A stretch of 64,000 nt of DNA from an uncultured Porphyromonadaceae bacterium (GCA_902472485.1 CABROH010000002.1:14871-78870), one strand, 5' to 3'. Numbered from the stretch's first letter, positions 9,601-20,918 are shown. The notes: generated by a model from the sequence alone, not told the origin. Made by a program: numbers and translations.

Positions 9601-12600
9601 GTGGCAACCAGTAACAACCGACATATACGCCCCCATTTCACACCATTGCGCATCGTCCTATGGACGGTGGCATTGGCTATTATGGTCTGTGGCACTTCGT
9701 CCTGGGCACAATACTACAAGTCGGAACTTCCGCCACCGGCTCCTCCGGCGAGCACATCGCCGCCTCCACTTTCTCAAATTGATTCGATAATGCTGCCTTC
9801 GCCCGTGCAGCAGACCGTTCCGCAAACCTATGAGGAACTGATGGGGCAGGAATTCTCAGCCGATCTTGCCACGCCATCCAACATCACGACTCAAGCTGAA
9901 TTCGACCCGGAAACGGGTTGTTACATTATACGCACGCGCGTGGGCGACATGGACATCGCGACTCCATTCATCATGTCGGAGGCACAATACAACAACTGGC
10001 AGATGCGCAAATCGATGCAGGAATATTATCGTCAACGCAACGCCGAACTTCTCACCGAAAAAGGCGACAGAAAACCATTTGACATCCTTGACATGAATTT
10101 CGCACTCGGGCCATTGGAAAAGATCTTCGGCCCCGGAGGTGTCAGCCTGAAGACACAAGGATCCGTTCAGATCGATATGGGCATAAAGTCAACCAAAACC
10201 GACAACCCCGCGTTATCGCTCAACTCGCGCCGCAAGACTTTTTTCGATTTCAATCAGAAGATTCAGGCCTCAATCGCCGCATCGGTCGGCGACCGTCTGA
10301 ATTTCAACATGACCTACAACACCGACGCCACCTTTGATTTCGATTCCAAAAACATCAAGCTTCAATATGAGGGCAAGGAAGACGACATTGTGAAAAGCAT
10401 TGAAGCAGGCAACGTCAGCATGACCACCGGCTCACAGCTCATACGAGGCAGCACTGCTCTCTTCGGCATCAAGACCAAATTGCAGTTCGGTCGTTTGACT
10501 GCCACCGCACTCATTTCACAACAGAATTCAGAATCACGTTCGATCAGCACAAAAGGCGGTGTACAGACCACGCCATTCTCAATCACTGCTGACAACTACG
10601 ACCAGAACCGCCACTACTTTCTGGCTCATTTCTTCCGCGACAACTACGATCGTTTCGCATCCAAACTCCCTTACGTGTCGTCGGGCGTACAGATCACCCG
10701 TGTCGAAGTGTGGGTCACCAACAAAAACAGCAACTTCAATCAGAGCCGTAACGTCGTGGCATTCATGGATCTTGGCGAAAGCTCCCATCTGGCCAACAAT
10801 TACTGGCAGGGAAACACCTCGCTTCCAAATCCGGCCAATGCATCAAACAACCTTCTTTCGACGATCAAGACCGATTATCCCGACGCTCGCAACATCAGCT
10901 CAGTCACACAAGCCTTGGCACCTCTCGCCGCTTACGGCATTGAAGGCGGCCATGACTATGAGAAAGTCGAGAGCGCTCGTCTGCTGGGAGAAAGCGAATA
11001 CACTGTCAACACCACGCTCGGCTATATCTCGTTTAAAAGCCAGATGAACCCCGACGATGTTGTAGGCATCGCATTTGAATACACCTATAACGGAAAAGTC
11101 TATCAGGTGGGGGAATTTTCATCGGATATCACTCAGACCGACCGCTCTCTCTACGTGAAAATGCTTAAGGGAACCACCGTAGCCACCCAGCTTCCTGTGT
11201 GGGACCTTATGATGAAAAACGTATATTCCCTCGGCGCTTATCAGTTGCAAAGCAACAACTTCAAACTGCAGATAAAATATCTGTCAGACACAACCGGAAC
11301 GCAAATCAACTACCTTCCTGTGCCCGGCATATCCGACGTGCCGCTTCTTCAGGTGATGAATCTCGACCGCCTCGATTCCAACCAGGGCTCGAATGCCGAC
11401 GGATTTTTCGATTATATCGAGGGCTACACGATCCAATCGTCAACCGGCAAAGTGATATTTCCTGTCGTCGAGCCATTCGGTTCTCATCTTGCCGCCAAAA
11501 TCGGCAATCCGGCTATAGCTGAACGCTATGTCTATCAGGAACTCTATGACTCGACGCTCGTCGTGGCACGACAGTTTGCCGACAAGAACAAATTCATGCT
11601 CGTCGGTGAATATCAGGCATCGGCCGGTTCGCAGATACGCCTCAATGCCATGAACGTACCTCGCGGTTCAGTGGTGGTGACGGCAGGCGGCGTAGTGCTC
11701 ACTGAAAACAGCGACTACACCGTCGACTATTCAATGGGTATAGTCACAATCACCAACCAGAGTATCATTGATTCGGGACAAAACATCAGTGTCACTCTTG
11801 AAAATCAGTCGCTCTTCTCCATGCAGCGTAAAACACTTCTCGGACTCGACTTGAGCTATGCCTTCAACAAAGATTTCACCATCGGAGGGACACTTCTTCA
11901 TTATGGAGAGAAAGCGCTCACTGAAAAGGTGAATATTGGCGATGAAATTGTCAACAACACCATGTGGGGAGTCAACTTTTCCTACAACAAAGAATTCATG
12001 TGGCTGACCAACCTCATCAACCGAATCCCTACCGTCAACGCCACAGCACCTTCACGACTATCGCTACAAGGCGAATTTGCCCAGCTCATACCTCACGCAC
12101 AGAAAAGCGGCTCCAACAAGGGCAGCTCCTTTATCGACGATTTTGAATCGGCTCAGACCGGAATCGACCTCCGTTCGCCATATTCATGGTTTCTCGCCTC
12201 AACCCCATACGACAACGGAGCTTCGGCACTATTTCCGGAAGCCGCCCTGAGCAACAACGTGGACTACGGGAAAAACCGCGCACTGCTCAACTGGTATTTC
12301 ATTGACCGCATGTTCACCTCCCGCAACTCCTCGCTCGCGCCCGGTTACATAAGAAGTGATCTCAAACAACTCTCAAATCCTTACGTGAGAGAGATCACAA
12401 TGCGAGAGATATATCCTGAACGACAACAGACCTATGGCGAATCTTCAACCATACAGACTCTCAACCTTTCTTTCTACCCCCGTGAACGCGGCCCTTACAA
12501 TCTTGACGCAACCGGCATCGATCAGGACGGCTATCTCACCAGCCCCGAAAAGCGTTGGGGCGGAATCATGCGCAAGCTTGACAACACCAACTTCGAGCAA

Positions 12601-15600
12601 AGCAACATCGAATATGTTCAGTTCTGGCTCCTGAATCCATTTCTTGATCCCGAAAACCCCAACTATGAAGGAGGTGACCTTTACATCAATCTCGGAGAAC
12701 TGTCCGAAGATATTCTCAAAGACGGACTCAAATCATATGAAAACGGCCTTCCCTATAATGGCGGAACCGATCACACCACCACAACCGTATGGGGACGCGT
12801 CAGCACAGAAAACTCGCTCACTTATGCTTTCGACAACAGTGACCAGTCACGGCTCAATCAGGACGTAGGCCTTGACGGGCTCCGTAACGATGACGAATTC
12901 TCTTTCCCATCCTACTCCTCTTATCTCGAAGCACTGCGTCGCAACATCTCGACTGCTACAGCTGAACGATGGGAGGCCGACGCATTTTCTCCACTTAACG
13001 ATCCGGCAGGCGACAACTATCACTTCTATCGTGGCTATGACTACGACGATCAACGCCTCGGGGTGCTTGAACGCTATAAACGCTATAACGGCGTAGAAGG
13101 TAACTCACTCTCACCCGACGATGCTCCCGACCCATTATATCAGTCATCACGTGCGCTGCCCGATGTCGAGGACATCAATCAGGACAACACACTCAGCGAA
13201 TACGAACGCTATTATCAATATCGTATTTCAATCAGACCCGAAGATCTGGTTGTCGGTCGTAATTATATCACTGACAAGCAAGTGTCGGTTGTGGCCACAC
13301 GCGACGGCAGCGAACAGACCGTCGAATGGTATCAGTTTAAGGTGCCTCTGAGCGACTATGAGAAAATCGTAGGATCGATCAACGGCTTCTCGTCAATACG
13401 TTTCATGCGTTTATTCCTCACCGGATTCAAAGCCACCACCCATATGCGATTTGCATCGCTCGAACTGGTGCGAGGCGAATGGCGCTCATATGATTTCAAC
13501 CTCAACAGCCGCGGAGACGCGCCTGCCGACGGACAACTCGATGTATCGGTGGTCAACATTGAAGAAAACTCCGGGCGCACACCGGTCAATTATGTGCTTC
13601 CGCCCGGCGTGACCCGTATTTCCGATCCCGGGCAGTCGCAAATCGTACAGCTCAACGAACAGTCTCTGTCGCTTACAGTTTCCGATCTGAAAGCCGGCGA
13701 TGCACGTGCCGTATACCGCAACACATCCCATGATCTCCGCAATTACAAACGCCTTCAGATGTGGGTACACGCCGAAGCTCCCATCGATGACCGCACGGCA
13801 TTGCGTAACGGAGATCTATCGGTGTTTATACGCATCGGTTCCGACGTAAAAAACAACTATTATGAATATGAAGTGCCGCTGCGGCTGACACCGGCCGGTC
13901 ATTATGCCGACACGCAAAACGACCGATTCATCGTTTGGCCTGAAGACAACTTCATGAATATAACACTTCAGAATCTCGTTGAGCTTAAGAAAGAACGCAA
14001 CGCCGCCAAGCGGGCCGAACAGCCCGGTGTAGGGTTCGGCATCCTGTACACCGGTCAGGATCCCGATCATCAAAACAACCGCATCGCTGTTATGGGCAAT
14101 CCTTCGCTGAGCGACATACGCGTGATGATGGTGGGTGTCCGCAATAATTCAGCCACAACAAAAGATGGCACCGTCTGGATCAACGAGCTGAAAGTAACCG
14201 ATTTTGAATCAGAAGGCGGATGGGCCGCCGAAGGCACAGCGTCGCTGGCGCTATCCGATATCGCGACAATCAACCTGGGAGCCCATTATGAAAGTGCCGG
14301 ATTCGGCGGAGTCGACCAGAGCCTCAACGAACGCCGTATGGACGACTTCTCACGTTATAGCTTGGCCGTGCAGGCCGATCTCGGTCGTTTCCTTCCAGAG
14401 AAAGCCAAACTGCGGGCTCCCATATTTTACTCTATGACCAAAGAAAAGACCACCCCGAAATATAACCCTCTCGACCAGGATGTCAGACTCAAAGACGCCC
14501 TCGAGGATGCCACTCCCGCCGAACGCGATTCGATCAATGCATACGCCATCGAGCATTCCACACAACAGAATTTCAGCATATCAGGGTTGCAATTCGATGT
14601 CCGGAGCAAAAATCCAATGCCTTGGGATCCGGCCAACTTCACATTTAACTTCTCATTCAACAAGACCTCGAAAACCGATCCTACGACCGAATACGAAAAC
14701 ATCAATGACTACAGAGGGAGCTTCCAGTATTCCTACACCCCTTACATCAAGGGCATCAAGCCATTCTCACGTTTGAAAGGGAAATCCAGAGGCATCAAGT
14801 TTCTCAAGGACTGGGAGCTGAACTGGTTTCCCAACTCCATTTCGTTCCTGACGTCAATGTCACGCTACTACTATGAACAGCAAACCCGCAGCGCAACTGA
14901 TGTCAATTTCCGCATGCCGGTTTCCGTAAGCAAAAACTTCCTTTGGGACCGACAACTCGCCATCACCTGGAATCTCACCAAATCGTTAAACATGACTTTC
15001 AACTCCAACACGTCGGCTCGCATTGAAGAGCCTGTAGGAGCAGTCAACAAGAAGCTCTTCCCCGACAAATATCGCGAATGGCGCGACACCGTCTGGAACA
15101 GCATTCTTCATCTCGGCACACCATGGGGCTACAACCAGACTTTCACGGGCAGCTACCGCGCTCCGTTCAATCGCATTCCGGCCATCGATTTCCTGTCGGC
15201 CAACGCCACATACAACGCCACATATCGTTGGGATCGCGGCGCCACAATCGACGGCACCAATCTTGGCAATTCTATCAGCAATCAGGCTGCATGGAATATT
15301 GACGGACGTATCAACTTCGAGTCACTTTACAACAAGAATGCATGGCTTAAACGAGTCAACACCCGTTTTGCATCATCGACACGTCGAGGATCACGAAGCA
15401 CATCGACACGAGGCTCCTCCACATCGAAAAAACCGTCAGTGCCAAAACCCAAAAGATTCGAACGCACATATACGCTTAATCCCGACTCCTCGACAATAAT
15501 CAAACACAACCTTCGCAACAAAAAGGTGAAAGTGTCGGCTGTCAATGCCTCCGATGAGTCGCCGGTAAAAATCACCACACGCGTGATCGACGCAAACACG

Positions 15601-17109
15601 GTAGAGGTGCTCACACGTGGATCGGACAATGTGAAATTCACAGTCATAGAAATCTTGAAAGAAAAAAACAGCTTTTGGGACGAAGTAGCCGAATATGCCG
15701 CACGTGGTGCCATGAGCCTTCGCAATGCCACGATACGATGGCGCGATACCCGCTCGATGTCGGTGCCTCTATTCAGCCCGAACATCGGCAACGCTTTCGG
15801 CCAAAGCGGCAGCTATGGCCCGTTGGCGCCGGGGCTTGACTTTGCTTTCGGATTCGTCGATGAATCATACATCGAAAAAGCCAAAGATCGCGGATGGCTA
15901 ATGCTCAACGACGGCCAGACTACCCCGGCCGTATACTCACACACAAACGAGCTGAACATCGAGCTTACGGTCGAACCTGTAAAGGGACTGAAGATACAAC
16001 TGACCGGCAACCGCACCGACAATCACACGTCGCAAATACAATTCATGTATGACGACATGCCCACAACCTACTCCGGCAGCTACACAAAAACTCACTGTGC
16101 GATTGCGACCGCACTGCGATCGTCAAGTCCCGATAACGGTTATGCATCCCCCACATTCGACAAATTCATCGGCAACATTCCGGTAATAGCCGGCCGCATC
16201 GAGAACCAGTATCGCGGCACGACCTATCCCACCGGCGGCTTTATGAGCGGAAACGCAAATGCCGGCCAACCGTTTAATCCTGAAGTCGGCACCATAAGTC
16301 CGACATCAAGCGATGTGCTCATTCCGGCCTTCCTTGCCGCTTATACGGGCACGGACGCAACCAGACAATATCTCGATCCCTTCCCTTCGATAGCTCATAT
16401 CCTTCCAAACTGGCGCGTAACCTACGACGGACTTGTCAACATTCCGTTTATCAACCGGTTGTTTAAATCCATGACGCTAAGCCACGCCTACCAATGCACC
16501 TACACGGTCGGTTCCTATTCATCCTATCTCAACTGGATATCGGCTGACGGCTCCAGATTGGGATTCACTCTCGACGAGCTTACGGGTCAACCGATCCCAT
16601 CATCTCCATACAACATATCGTCAGTGGCCATTACCGAACGTTTCGCACCGCTTGTAGGACTTTCCGCCACGCTCCATAACAATATGACATTCAACGCCGA
16701 GTTCCGGGAAGCCCGGACAATAACGCTCAACACATCGGCAGGACAAGTGGTCGAAGCCTCCCAACGAGGCATCACCGCCGGATTCGGTTATAAGGTCGTT
16801 GGATTCAACACCGTGCTGAAACTTAAGGGATCCCAACAAGGCATAAGCAACGACCTGACTGTCAACGCCGACTTTTCCTATGCGCTCAATCAGGCTCTTA
16901 TCCGTCGAATCGAGAACAACTACACACAGGCCACATCAGGCTCACGTACCATCACATTAAACGTGGCTGCCAACTATATCATGAGCCGCCGAATGACCGT
17001 CGGGCTCTACTTCGAGCACCAGATCAACACTCCTCTTGTGTCGTCGACCGCCTACCCCACGACGAACACGGCATTCGGTCTTTCGTTTAATTTCTCTTTA
17101 GCCCGTTGA
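9601..17109 (+). CDS. sprA: Type IX secretion system outer-membrane translocon SprA/Sov
   Basis: 2502 aa with N-terminal signal; FDF.QKIQ, YNT.ATFDF, KL.YEG.EDDI.K.IEAGNVS, IDDFE, LNLSFYPRERGPYN, WGGIMR, PD.EDIN.DNT; beta-strand-rich C-terminus; adjacent to ruvA. Confidence 0.95.
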   Translation: MATSNNRHIRPHFTPLRIVLWTVALAIMVCGTSSWAQYYKSELPPPAPPASTSPPPLSQIDSIMLPSPVQQTVPQTYEELMGQEFSADLATPSNITTQAEFDPETGCYIIRTRVGDMDIATPFIMSEAQYNNWQMRKSMQEYYRQRNAELLTEKGDRKPFDILDMNFALGPLEKIFGPGGVSLKTQGSVQIDMGIKSTKTDNPALSLNSRRKTFFDFNQKIQASIAASVGDRLNFNMTYNTDATFDFDSKNIKLQYEGKEDDIVKSIEAGNVSMTTGSQLIRGSTALFGIKTKLQFGRLTATALISQQNSESRSISTKGGVQTTPFSITADNYDQNRHYFLAHFFRDNYDRFASKLPYVSSGVQITRVEVWVTNKNSNFNQSRNVVAFMDLGESSHLANNYWQGNTSLPNPANASNNLLSTIKTDYPDARNISSVTQALAPLAAYGIEGGHDYEKVESARLLGESEYTVNTTLGYISFKSQMNPDDVVGIAFEYTYNGKVYQVGEFSSDITQTDRSLYVKMLKGTTVATQLPVWDLMMKNVYSLGAYQLQSNNFKLQIKYLSDTTGTQINYLPVPGISDVPLLQVMNLDRLDSNQGSNADGFFDYIEGYTIQSSTGKVIFPVVEPFGSHLAAKIGNPAIAERYVYQELYDSTLVVARQFADKNKFMLVGEYQASAGSQIRLNAMNVPRGSVVVTAGGVVLTENSDYTVDYSMGIVTITNQSIIDSGQNISVTLENQSLFSMQRKTLLGLDLSYAFNKDFTIGGTLLHYGEKALTEKVNIGDEIVNNTMWGVNFSYNKEFMWLTNLINRIPTVNATAPSRLSLQGEFAQLIPHAQKSGSNKGSSFIDDFESAQTGIDLRSPYSWFLASTPYDNGASALFPEAALSNNVDYGKNRALLNWYFIDRMFTSRNSSLAPGYIRSDLKQLSNPYVREITMREIYPERQQTYGESSTIQTLNLSFYPRERGPYNLDATGIDQDGYLTSPEKRWGGIMRKLDNTNFEQSNIEYVQFWLLNPFLDPENPNYEGGDLYINLGELSEDILKDGLKSYENGLPYNGGTDHTTTTVWGRVSTENSLTYAFDNSDQSRLNQDVGLDGLRNDDEFSFPSYSSYLEALRRNISTATAERWEADAFSPLNDPAGDNYHFYRGYDYDDQRLGVLERYKRYNGVEGNSLSPDDAPDPLYQSSRALPDVEDINQDNTLSEYERYYQYRISIRPEDLVVGRNYITDKQVSVVATRDGSEQTVEWYQFKVPLSDYEKIVGSINGFSSIRFMRLFLTGFKATTHMRFASLELVRGEWRSYDFNLNSRGDAPADGQLDVSVVNIEENSGRTPVNYVLPPGVTRISDPGQSQIVQLNEQSLSLTVSDLKAGDARAVYRNTSHDLRNYKRLQMWVHAEAPIDDRTALRNGDLSVFIRIGSDVKNNYYEYEVPLRLTPAGHYADTQNDRFIVWPEDNFMNITLQNLVELKKERNAAKRAEQPGVGFGILYTGQDPDHQNNRIAVMGNPSLSDIRVMMVGVRNNSATTKDGTVWINELKVTDFESEGGWAAEGTASLALSDIATINLGAHYESAGFGGVDQSLNERRMDDFSRYSLAVQADLGRFLPEKAKLRAPIFYSMTKEKTTPKYNPLDQDVRLKDALEDATPAERDSINAYAIEHSTQQNFSISGLQFDVRSKNPMPWDPANFTFNFSFNKTSKTDPTTEYENINDYRGSFQYSYTPYIKGIKPFSRLKGKSRGIKFLKDWELNWFPNSISFLTSMSRYYYEQQTRSATDVNFRMPVSVSKNFLWDRQLAITWNLTKSLNMTFNSNTSARIEEPVGAVNKKLFPDKYREWRDTVWNSILHLGTPWGYNQTFTGSYRAPFNRIPAIDFLSANATYNATYRWDRGATIDGTNLGNSISNQAAWNIDGRINFESLYNKNAWLKRVNTRFASSTRRGSRSTSTRGSSTSKKPSVPKPKRFERTYTLNPDSSTIIKHNLRNKKVKVSAVNASDESPVKITTRVIDANTVEVLTRGSDNVKFTVIEILKEKNSFWDEVAEYAARGAMSLRNATIRWRDTRSMSVPLFSPNIGNAFGQSGSYGPLAPGLDFAFGFVDESYIEKAKDRGWLMLNDGQTTPAVYSHTNELNIELTVEPVKGLKIQLTGNRTDNHTSQIQFMYDDMPTTYSGSYTKTHCAIATALRSSSPDNGYASPTFDKFIGNIPVIAGRIENQYRGTTYPTGGFMSGNANAGQPFNPEVGTISPTSSDVLIPAFLAAYTGTDATRQYLDPFPSIAHILPNWRVTYDGLVNIPFINRLFKSMTLSHAYQCTYTVGSYSSYLNWISADGSRLGFTLDELTGQPIPSSPYNISSVAITERFAPLVGLSATLHNNMTFNAEFREARTITLNTSAGQVVEASQRGITAGFGYKVVGFNTVLKLKGSQQGISNDLTVNADFSYALNQALIRRIENNYTQATSGSRTITLNVAANYIMSRRMTVGLYFEHQINTPLVSSTAYPTTNTAFGLSFNFSLAR

Positions 17110-17111
17110 TC

Positions 17112-18986
17112 ATGACAAGCTATCTGCAAATCGAAAATCTCACAAAAAGCTATGGCGACCGCATCCTTTTTGATGCTGTCACTTTTGGCGTTAATCAGGG
17201 CGACAAAATAGGCCTCATAGCAAAAAACGGCTCCGGCAAAACCACGTTGCTGAACATCATCGCCGGCAAAGAATCGCCTGATTCCGGTTCGGTCATTTTC
17301 CGTAACGATTTAAGGGTTGGCATTGTCGACCAGTCGCCTGACCTTGACGAAAGCCGCTCTGTGATCGAAGCATGCCTGAATTCCGACACACCCGCGGCAC
17401 GGGCTATTGCAGGTTACGAAGAGGCTCTGACATCCGGCATACCTGACCGCATCACGGAAGCCATGCGGCTGATGGATGCCGAAAACGCCTGGGACTACGA
17501 TGATCGCCTCAAACAGATGCTCCACCAGTTGCACATCACCGACTTCTCCGCCCCTGCATCCACTCTTTCAGGCGGACAGAAAAAACGGGTGGCCATTGCC
17601 CGTACACTTCTTGACAGTCCCGACCTCATAATTCTCGACGAGCCAACCAACCATCTCGACATCGAGATTATCGAATGGCTTGAAGAATATCTCCGCCGAC
17701 AGAATGTCACGCTGCTTATGGTCACACACGACAGATATTTCCTTGACAGCGTATGCAACAAGATCATAGAAATAGACCGGCAACAGATTTTCACCTACGA
17801 CGGCAACTACGACTACTATCTGCGTCGACGGCAGGAACGCATCGACGCCATGGGCGCCGAACTGGCTCGCGTGAAAAACACGCTGCGCCGTGAACAAGAT
17901 TGGATGCGCCGTCAGCCTCAGGCCAGGGCAGGAAAAGCGAAATACCGCATTGATGCGTTTTACGATCTCAAAGACCGGGCTCGCATAGATCTCCGAGAAA
18001 ACAATGTCGACATTTCTTCAATAGCTTCGTCTTATATAGGTTCGAAAATATTCGAAGCCCGCAATATCTACAAGCGTTGGGGCGATAAGATAATTCTCAA
18101 TGATTTCTCTTATACATTCGCTCGCTACGAAAAGCTTGGTATAATAGGACGCAACGGGGTCGGTAAATCCACTCTCATAAAGATGCTTCTGGGCATTGTC
18201 AAAGCCGACAGCGGCACTTGGGATGTGGGTGAAACCGTGCGTTTCGGATATTATAGTCAGGACGGCATATCGTTTGAGATGAACAAACGAGTCATTGACG
18301 CCGTTACGGAAATTGCCGACGACATCCGGCTTGAAGGAGGACAAAGCTATAGTCCCATGCAGTTTCTCACCAAATTTCTGTTTTCGCCAGCCGATCAGCA
18401 GAAATACATCCACACTCTCAGCGGCGGGGGGCGGTGGCGCCCGCCTCTCGGCACCGTACTTATGCGGCGTCCGAATTTCCTGATACTCGACGAGCCGACC
18501 AACGACCTCGACATCATGACGCTCGGCATACTCGAAGAGTATCTGCGCACGTTCTCGGGATGCCTCATTGTCGTGTCTCACGACCGTTTTTTTCTTGACA
18601 GCATTGTCGACCATCTATGGGTGCTTGAAGGAGAGGGCGTGATACGTGACTTCCCTGGCAGTTACACCGACTTCCGCAACTATCAGCGGGAGCGTGATGC
18701 CCGTCTTGCAGCTGAAACGAAAGGTACCGCCAGACAACAGCCGGCGCAATCCCGCCGACCGATTGCGGAACGACCCCGTAAGCTCACATTCAAAGAACGC
18801 AAGGAATTTGAAGCCCTCAGCACTGAAATCGACGATCTCACCAACGAAAAAAAGGCTCTGGAAGCCAGATTCAACTCAGGCGAAACCCTCCCTGACGTTG
18901 AAACAATGTCGAAACGTTACGATGAGATAACATGTCTTCTTGATGAAAAAGAGATGCGGTGGCTCGAATTGTCCGAACTATCATAA
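17112..18986 (+). CDS. ABC-F family ATPase (Uup-like, C-terminal coiled domain)
   Basis: Two ABC cassettes (NGSGKT/LSGGQ/LDEPTNHLD; NGVGKS/LDEPTNDLD), no TM segments, KLTFKERKE C-terminal domain. Confidence 0.95.
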   Translation: MTSYLQIENLTKSYGDRILFDAVTFGVNQGDKIGLIAKNGSGKTTLLNIIAGKESPDSGSVIFRNDLRVGIVDQSPDLDESRSVIEACLNSDTPAARAIAGYEEALTSGIPDRITEAMRLMDAENAWDYDDRLKQMLHQLHITDFSAPASTLSGGQKKRVAIARTLLDSPDLIILDEPTNHLDIEIIEWLEEYLRRQNVTLLMVTHDRYFLDSVCNKIIEIDRQQIFTYDGNYDYYLRRRQERIDAMGAELARVKNTLRREQDWMRRQPQARAGKAKYRIDAFYDLKDRARIDLRENNVDISSIASSYIGSKIFEARNIYKRWGDKIILNDFSYTFARYEKLGIIGRNGVGKSTLIKMLLGIVKADSGTWDVGETVRFGYYSQDGISFEMNKRVIDAVTEIADDIRLEGGQSYSPMQFLTKFLFSPADQQKYIHTLSGGGRWRPPLGTVLMRRPNFLILDEPTNDLDIMTLGILEEYLRTFSGCLIVVSHDRFFLDSIVDHLWVLEGEGVIRDFPGSYTDFRNYQRERDARLAAETKGTARQQPAQSRRPIAERPRKLTFKERKEFEALSTEIDDLTNEKKALEARFNSGETLPDVETMSKRYDEITCLLDEKEMRWLELSELS

Positions 18987-19013
18987 CTGTCGCCTTTTCC
19001 ATAGCATACTCTC

Positions 19014-20891
19014 ATGTCTTCACCAAAAAACGACAACATATTTCGAAAGTTTGCCTCGGGCATCGATCTTATTCGTCACGCGACCTTGCGTTTCGGACAT
19101 CGGTCAATGCCTGTGATAGGTGCCGTTTCACAAGTTTTATACATCCTCTCGGTTGCAGCCGCGATAGTGTGCATTGTAACCATTGTCATTCGTGCGGGAT
19201 ATGAACACACCCCTGCAGACGTCCTACGCATCCACAATGTGCTCCGGCTATGTCAAGGTACCTTCATAGCCAACATTCTCTTCAATCTCATATTCAATCT
19301 TCGCGACACATTGCGCAACACCCGAACCGTCAAATGGGTTGTCGATATAGCCATGCTCGTCACACTGCTGCCCTGGATCTATCCCCACCCAGACAATCCG
19401 TGGATTCCATGGCTCGAAACAATCCTTTATTCCAACAAATTCATCTACGGATGTCTGGGCGCTTATTCGGTCGTCGGTCTGTCATTCGCCATATTCAAAC
19501 TTATCGGACGCCGCACGAACCCGTCATTTCTTATGTCATGCAGCTTCCTGGTGTTCATCATAATAGGCTCTTTCATGCTGATGCTTCCCAAATGCACATA
19601 CACCGACATCTCATATATCGATTCCCTGTTCGTCAGCACAAGCGCCATCAGCATTACGGGACTCACACCGGTCGATGTCGCCGCCACATTCACACCATTC
19701 GGACAGCTCATTCTGGTAATCCTTATCCAGATAGGAGCTCTTGGAGTTATGACCTTCACAAGTTTCTTCGCACTCTTCTTCAGCGGAGAAACATCCATCT
19801 ACAGCCAACTGATGCTCAAAGATATGGTCTACTCTAAAAGCATGTCGGCCCTCATACCTACACTTCTCTATATATTCGGATTCACCATTATTGTCGAAAC
19901 AATAGGCGCTCTACTTATCTTTGCATCGATTCATGGCACTCTCGGCATGACATTGCCTGACGAGATCGCGTTCTCCGCGTTTCACGCCATATCTGCCTTC
20001 TGCAACGCAGGATTCTCCACTCTCCCCGACGGCATGGCCAATCCAATGCTTCTCAACGGAAACTTATCCATCTATTGGATAATGTCGGCCATTATCATTG
20101 CCGGCAGCATCGGATTCCCGATTCTGGTCAATCTCCGTGACGTCATCGCCATTCGTTTCCGACAGGTCAAAAACCGTTTGCTGCATATCGCACGAAACAC
20201 CGACGCCCGTCAGGTGCACATTTATAATATGAATACAAAGATCGTGCTTGTCACTTTCGCCATTCTTTTCGCAGCAGGCGCCCTCATTTTTTTCATTCTC
20301 GAATATAACAATTCGCTTGCAGGAATGACGTTTTGGGAAAAAGTGACTCAATCGGTATTCAATTCAGCATCACCCCGCAGCGCAGGATTTGTGTCACTCA
20401 ATCCGGCCGGATTCCTCAACACCACGCTTCTTATCGTGCTTTTCCTAATGTGGGTTGGCGGCGCCGCCCAGTCAACCGCGGGCGGTATCAAAGTCAACAC
20501 TCTCGCGGCCATATGCCTCAACATCCGTGCCATTGTAACCGGAGCTCCCAAAGTGGTGGCATTCAATCGCACCGTCGCGACCGGTTCGATACGACGCGCC
20601 AATGCGGTAGTGGCCCTATCCATTATTTCCTATCTCCTTTTCTCCGTTACGCTGGTCGGACTCGAACCCGACCTTCCGGTGCGCTCACTTCTTTTCGAAT
20701 CTTGCTCGGCACTGTTCACCGTCGGCTCTTCTCTTGGCATCACGTCACAGCTTTCCGACGCGTCAGAAGTGATTCTGTGCGTGGCTATGTTCCTTGGACG
20801 CGTAGGACTGATATCACTTCTAACGGGTATCGTGCGACACCATCGTCAAACCGGCATCTCGTATCCCGCCGACAACATCATCATAAACTAA
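19014..20891 (+). CDS. TrkH/KtrB family K+ uptake membrane protein
   Basis: DSLFVSTSAISITGL, IQIGALG, AISAFCNAGF, PRSAGF, STAGGIKV, FTVGSSLG, MFLGRVG. Confidence 0.95.
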   Translation: MSSPKNDNIFRKFASGIDLIRHATLRFGHRSMPVIGAVSQVLYILSVAAAIVCIVTIVIRAGYEHTPADVLRIHNVLRLCQGTFIANILFNLIFNLRDTLRNTRTVKWVVDIAMLVTLLPWIYPHPDNPWIPWLETILYSNKFIYGCLGAYSVVGLSFAIFKLIGRRTNPSFLMSCSFLVFIIIGSFMLMLPKCTYTDISYIDSLFVSTSAISITGLTPVDVAATFTPFGQLILVILIQIGALGVMTFTSFFALFFSGETSIYSQLMLKDMVYSKSMSALIPTLLYIFGFTIIVETIGALLIFASIHGTLGMTLPDEIAFSAFHAISAFCNAGFSTLPDGMANPMLLNGNLSIYWIMSAIIIAGSIGFPILVNLRDVIAIRFRQVKNRLLHIARNTDARQVHIYNMNTKIVLVTFAILFAAGALIFFILEYNNSLAGMTFWEKVTQSVFNSASPRSAGFVSLNPAGFLNTTLLIVLFLMWVGGAAQSTAGGIKVNTLAAICLNIRAIVTGAPKVVAFNRTVATGSIRRANAVVALSIISYLLFSVTLVGLEPDLPVRSLLFESCSALFTVGSSLGITSQLSDASEVILCVAMFLGRVGLISLLTGIVRHHRQTGISYPADNIIIN

Positions 20892-20918
20892 ACACAACCA
20901 AAACTTATCTCCACAACA

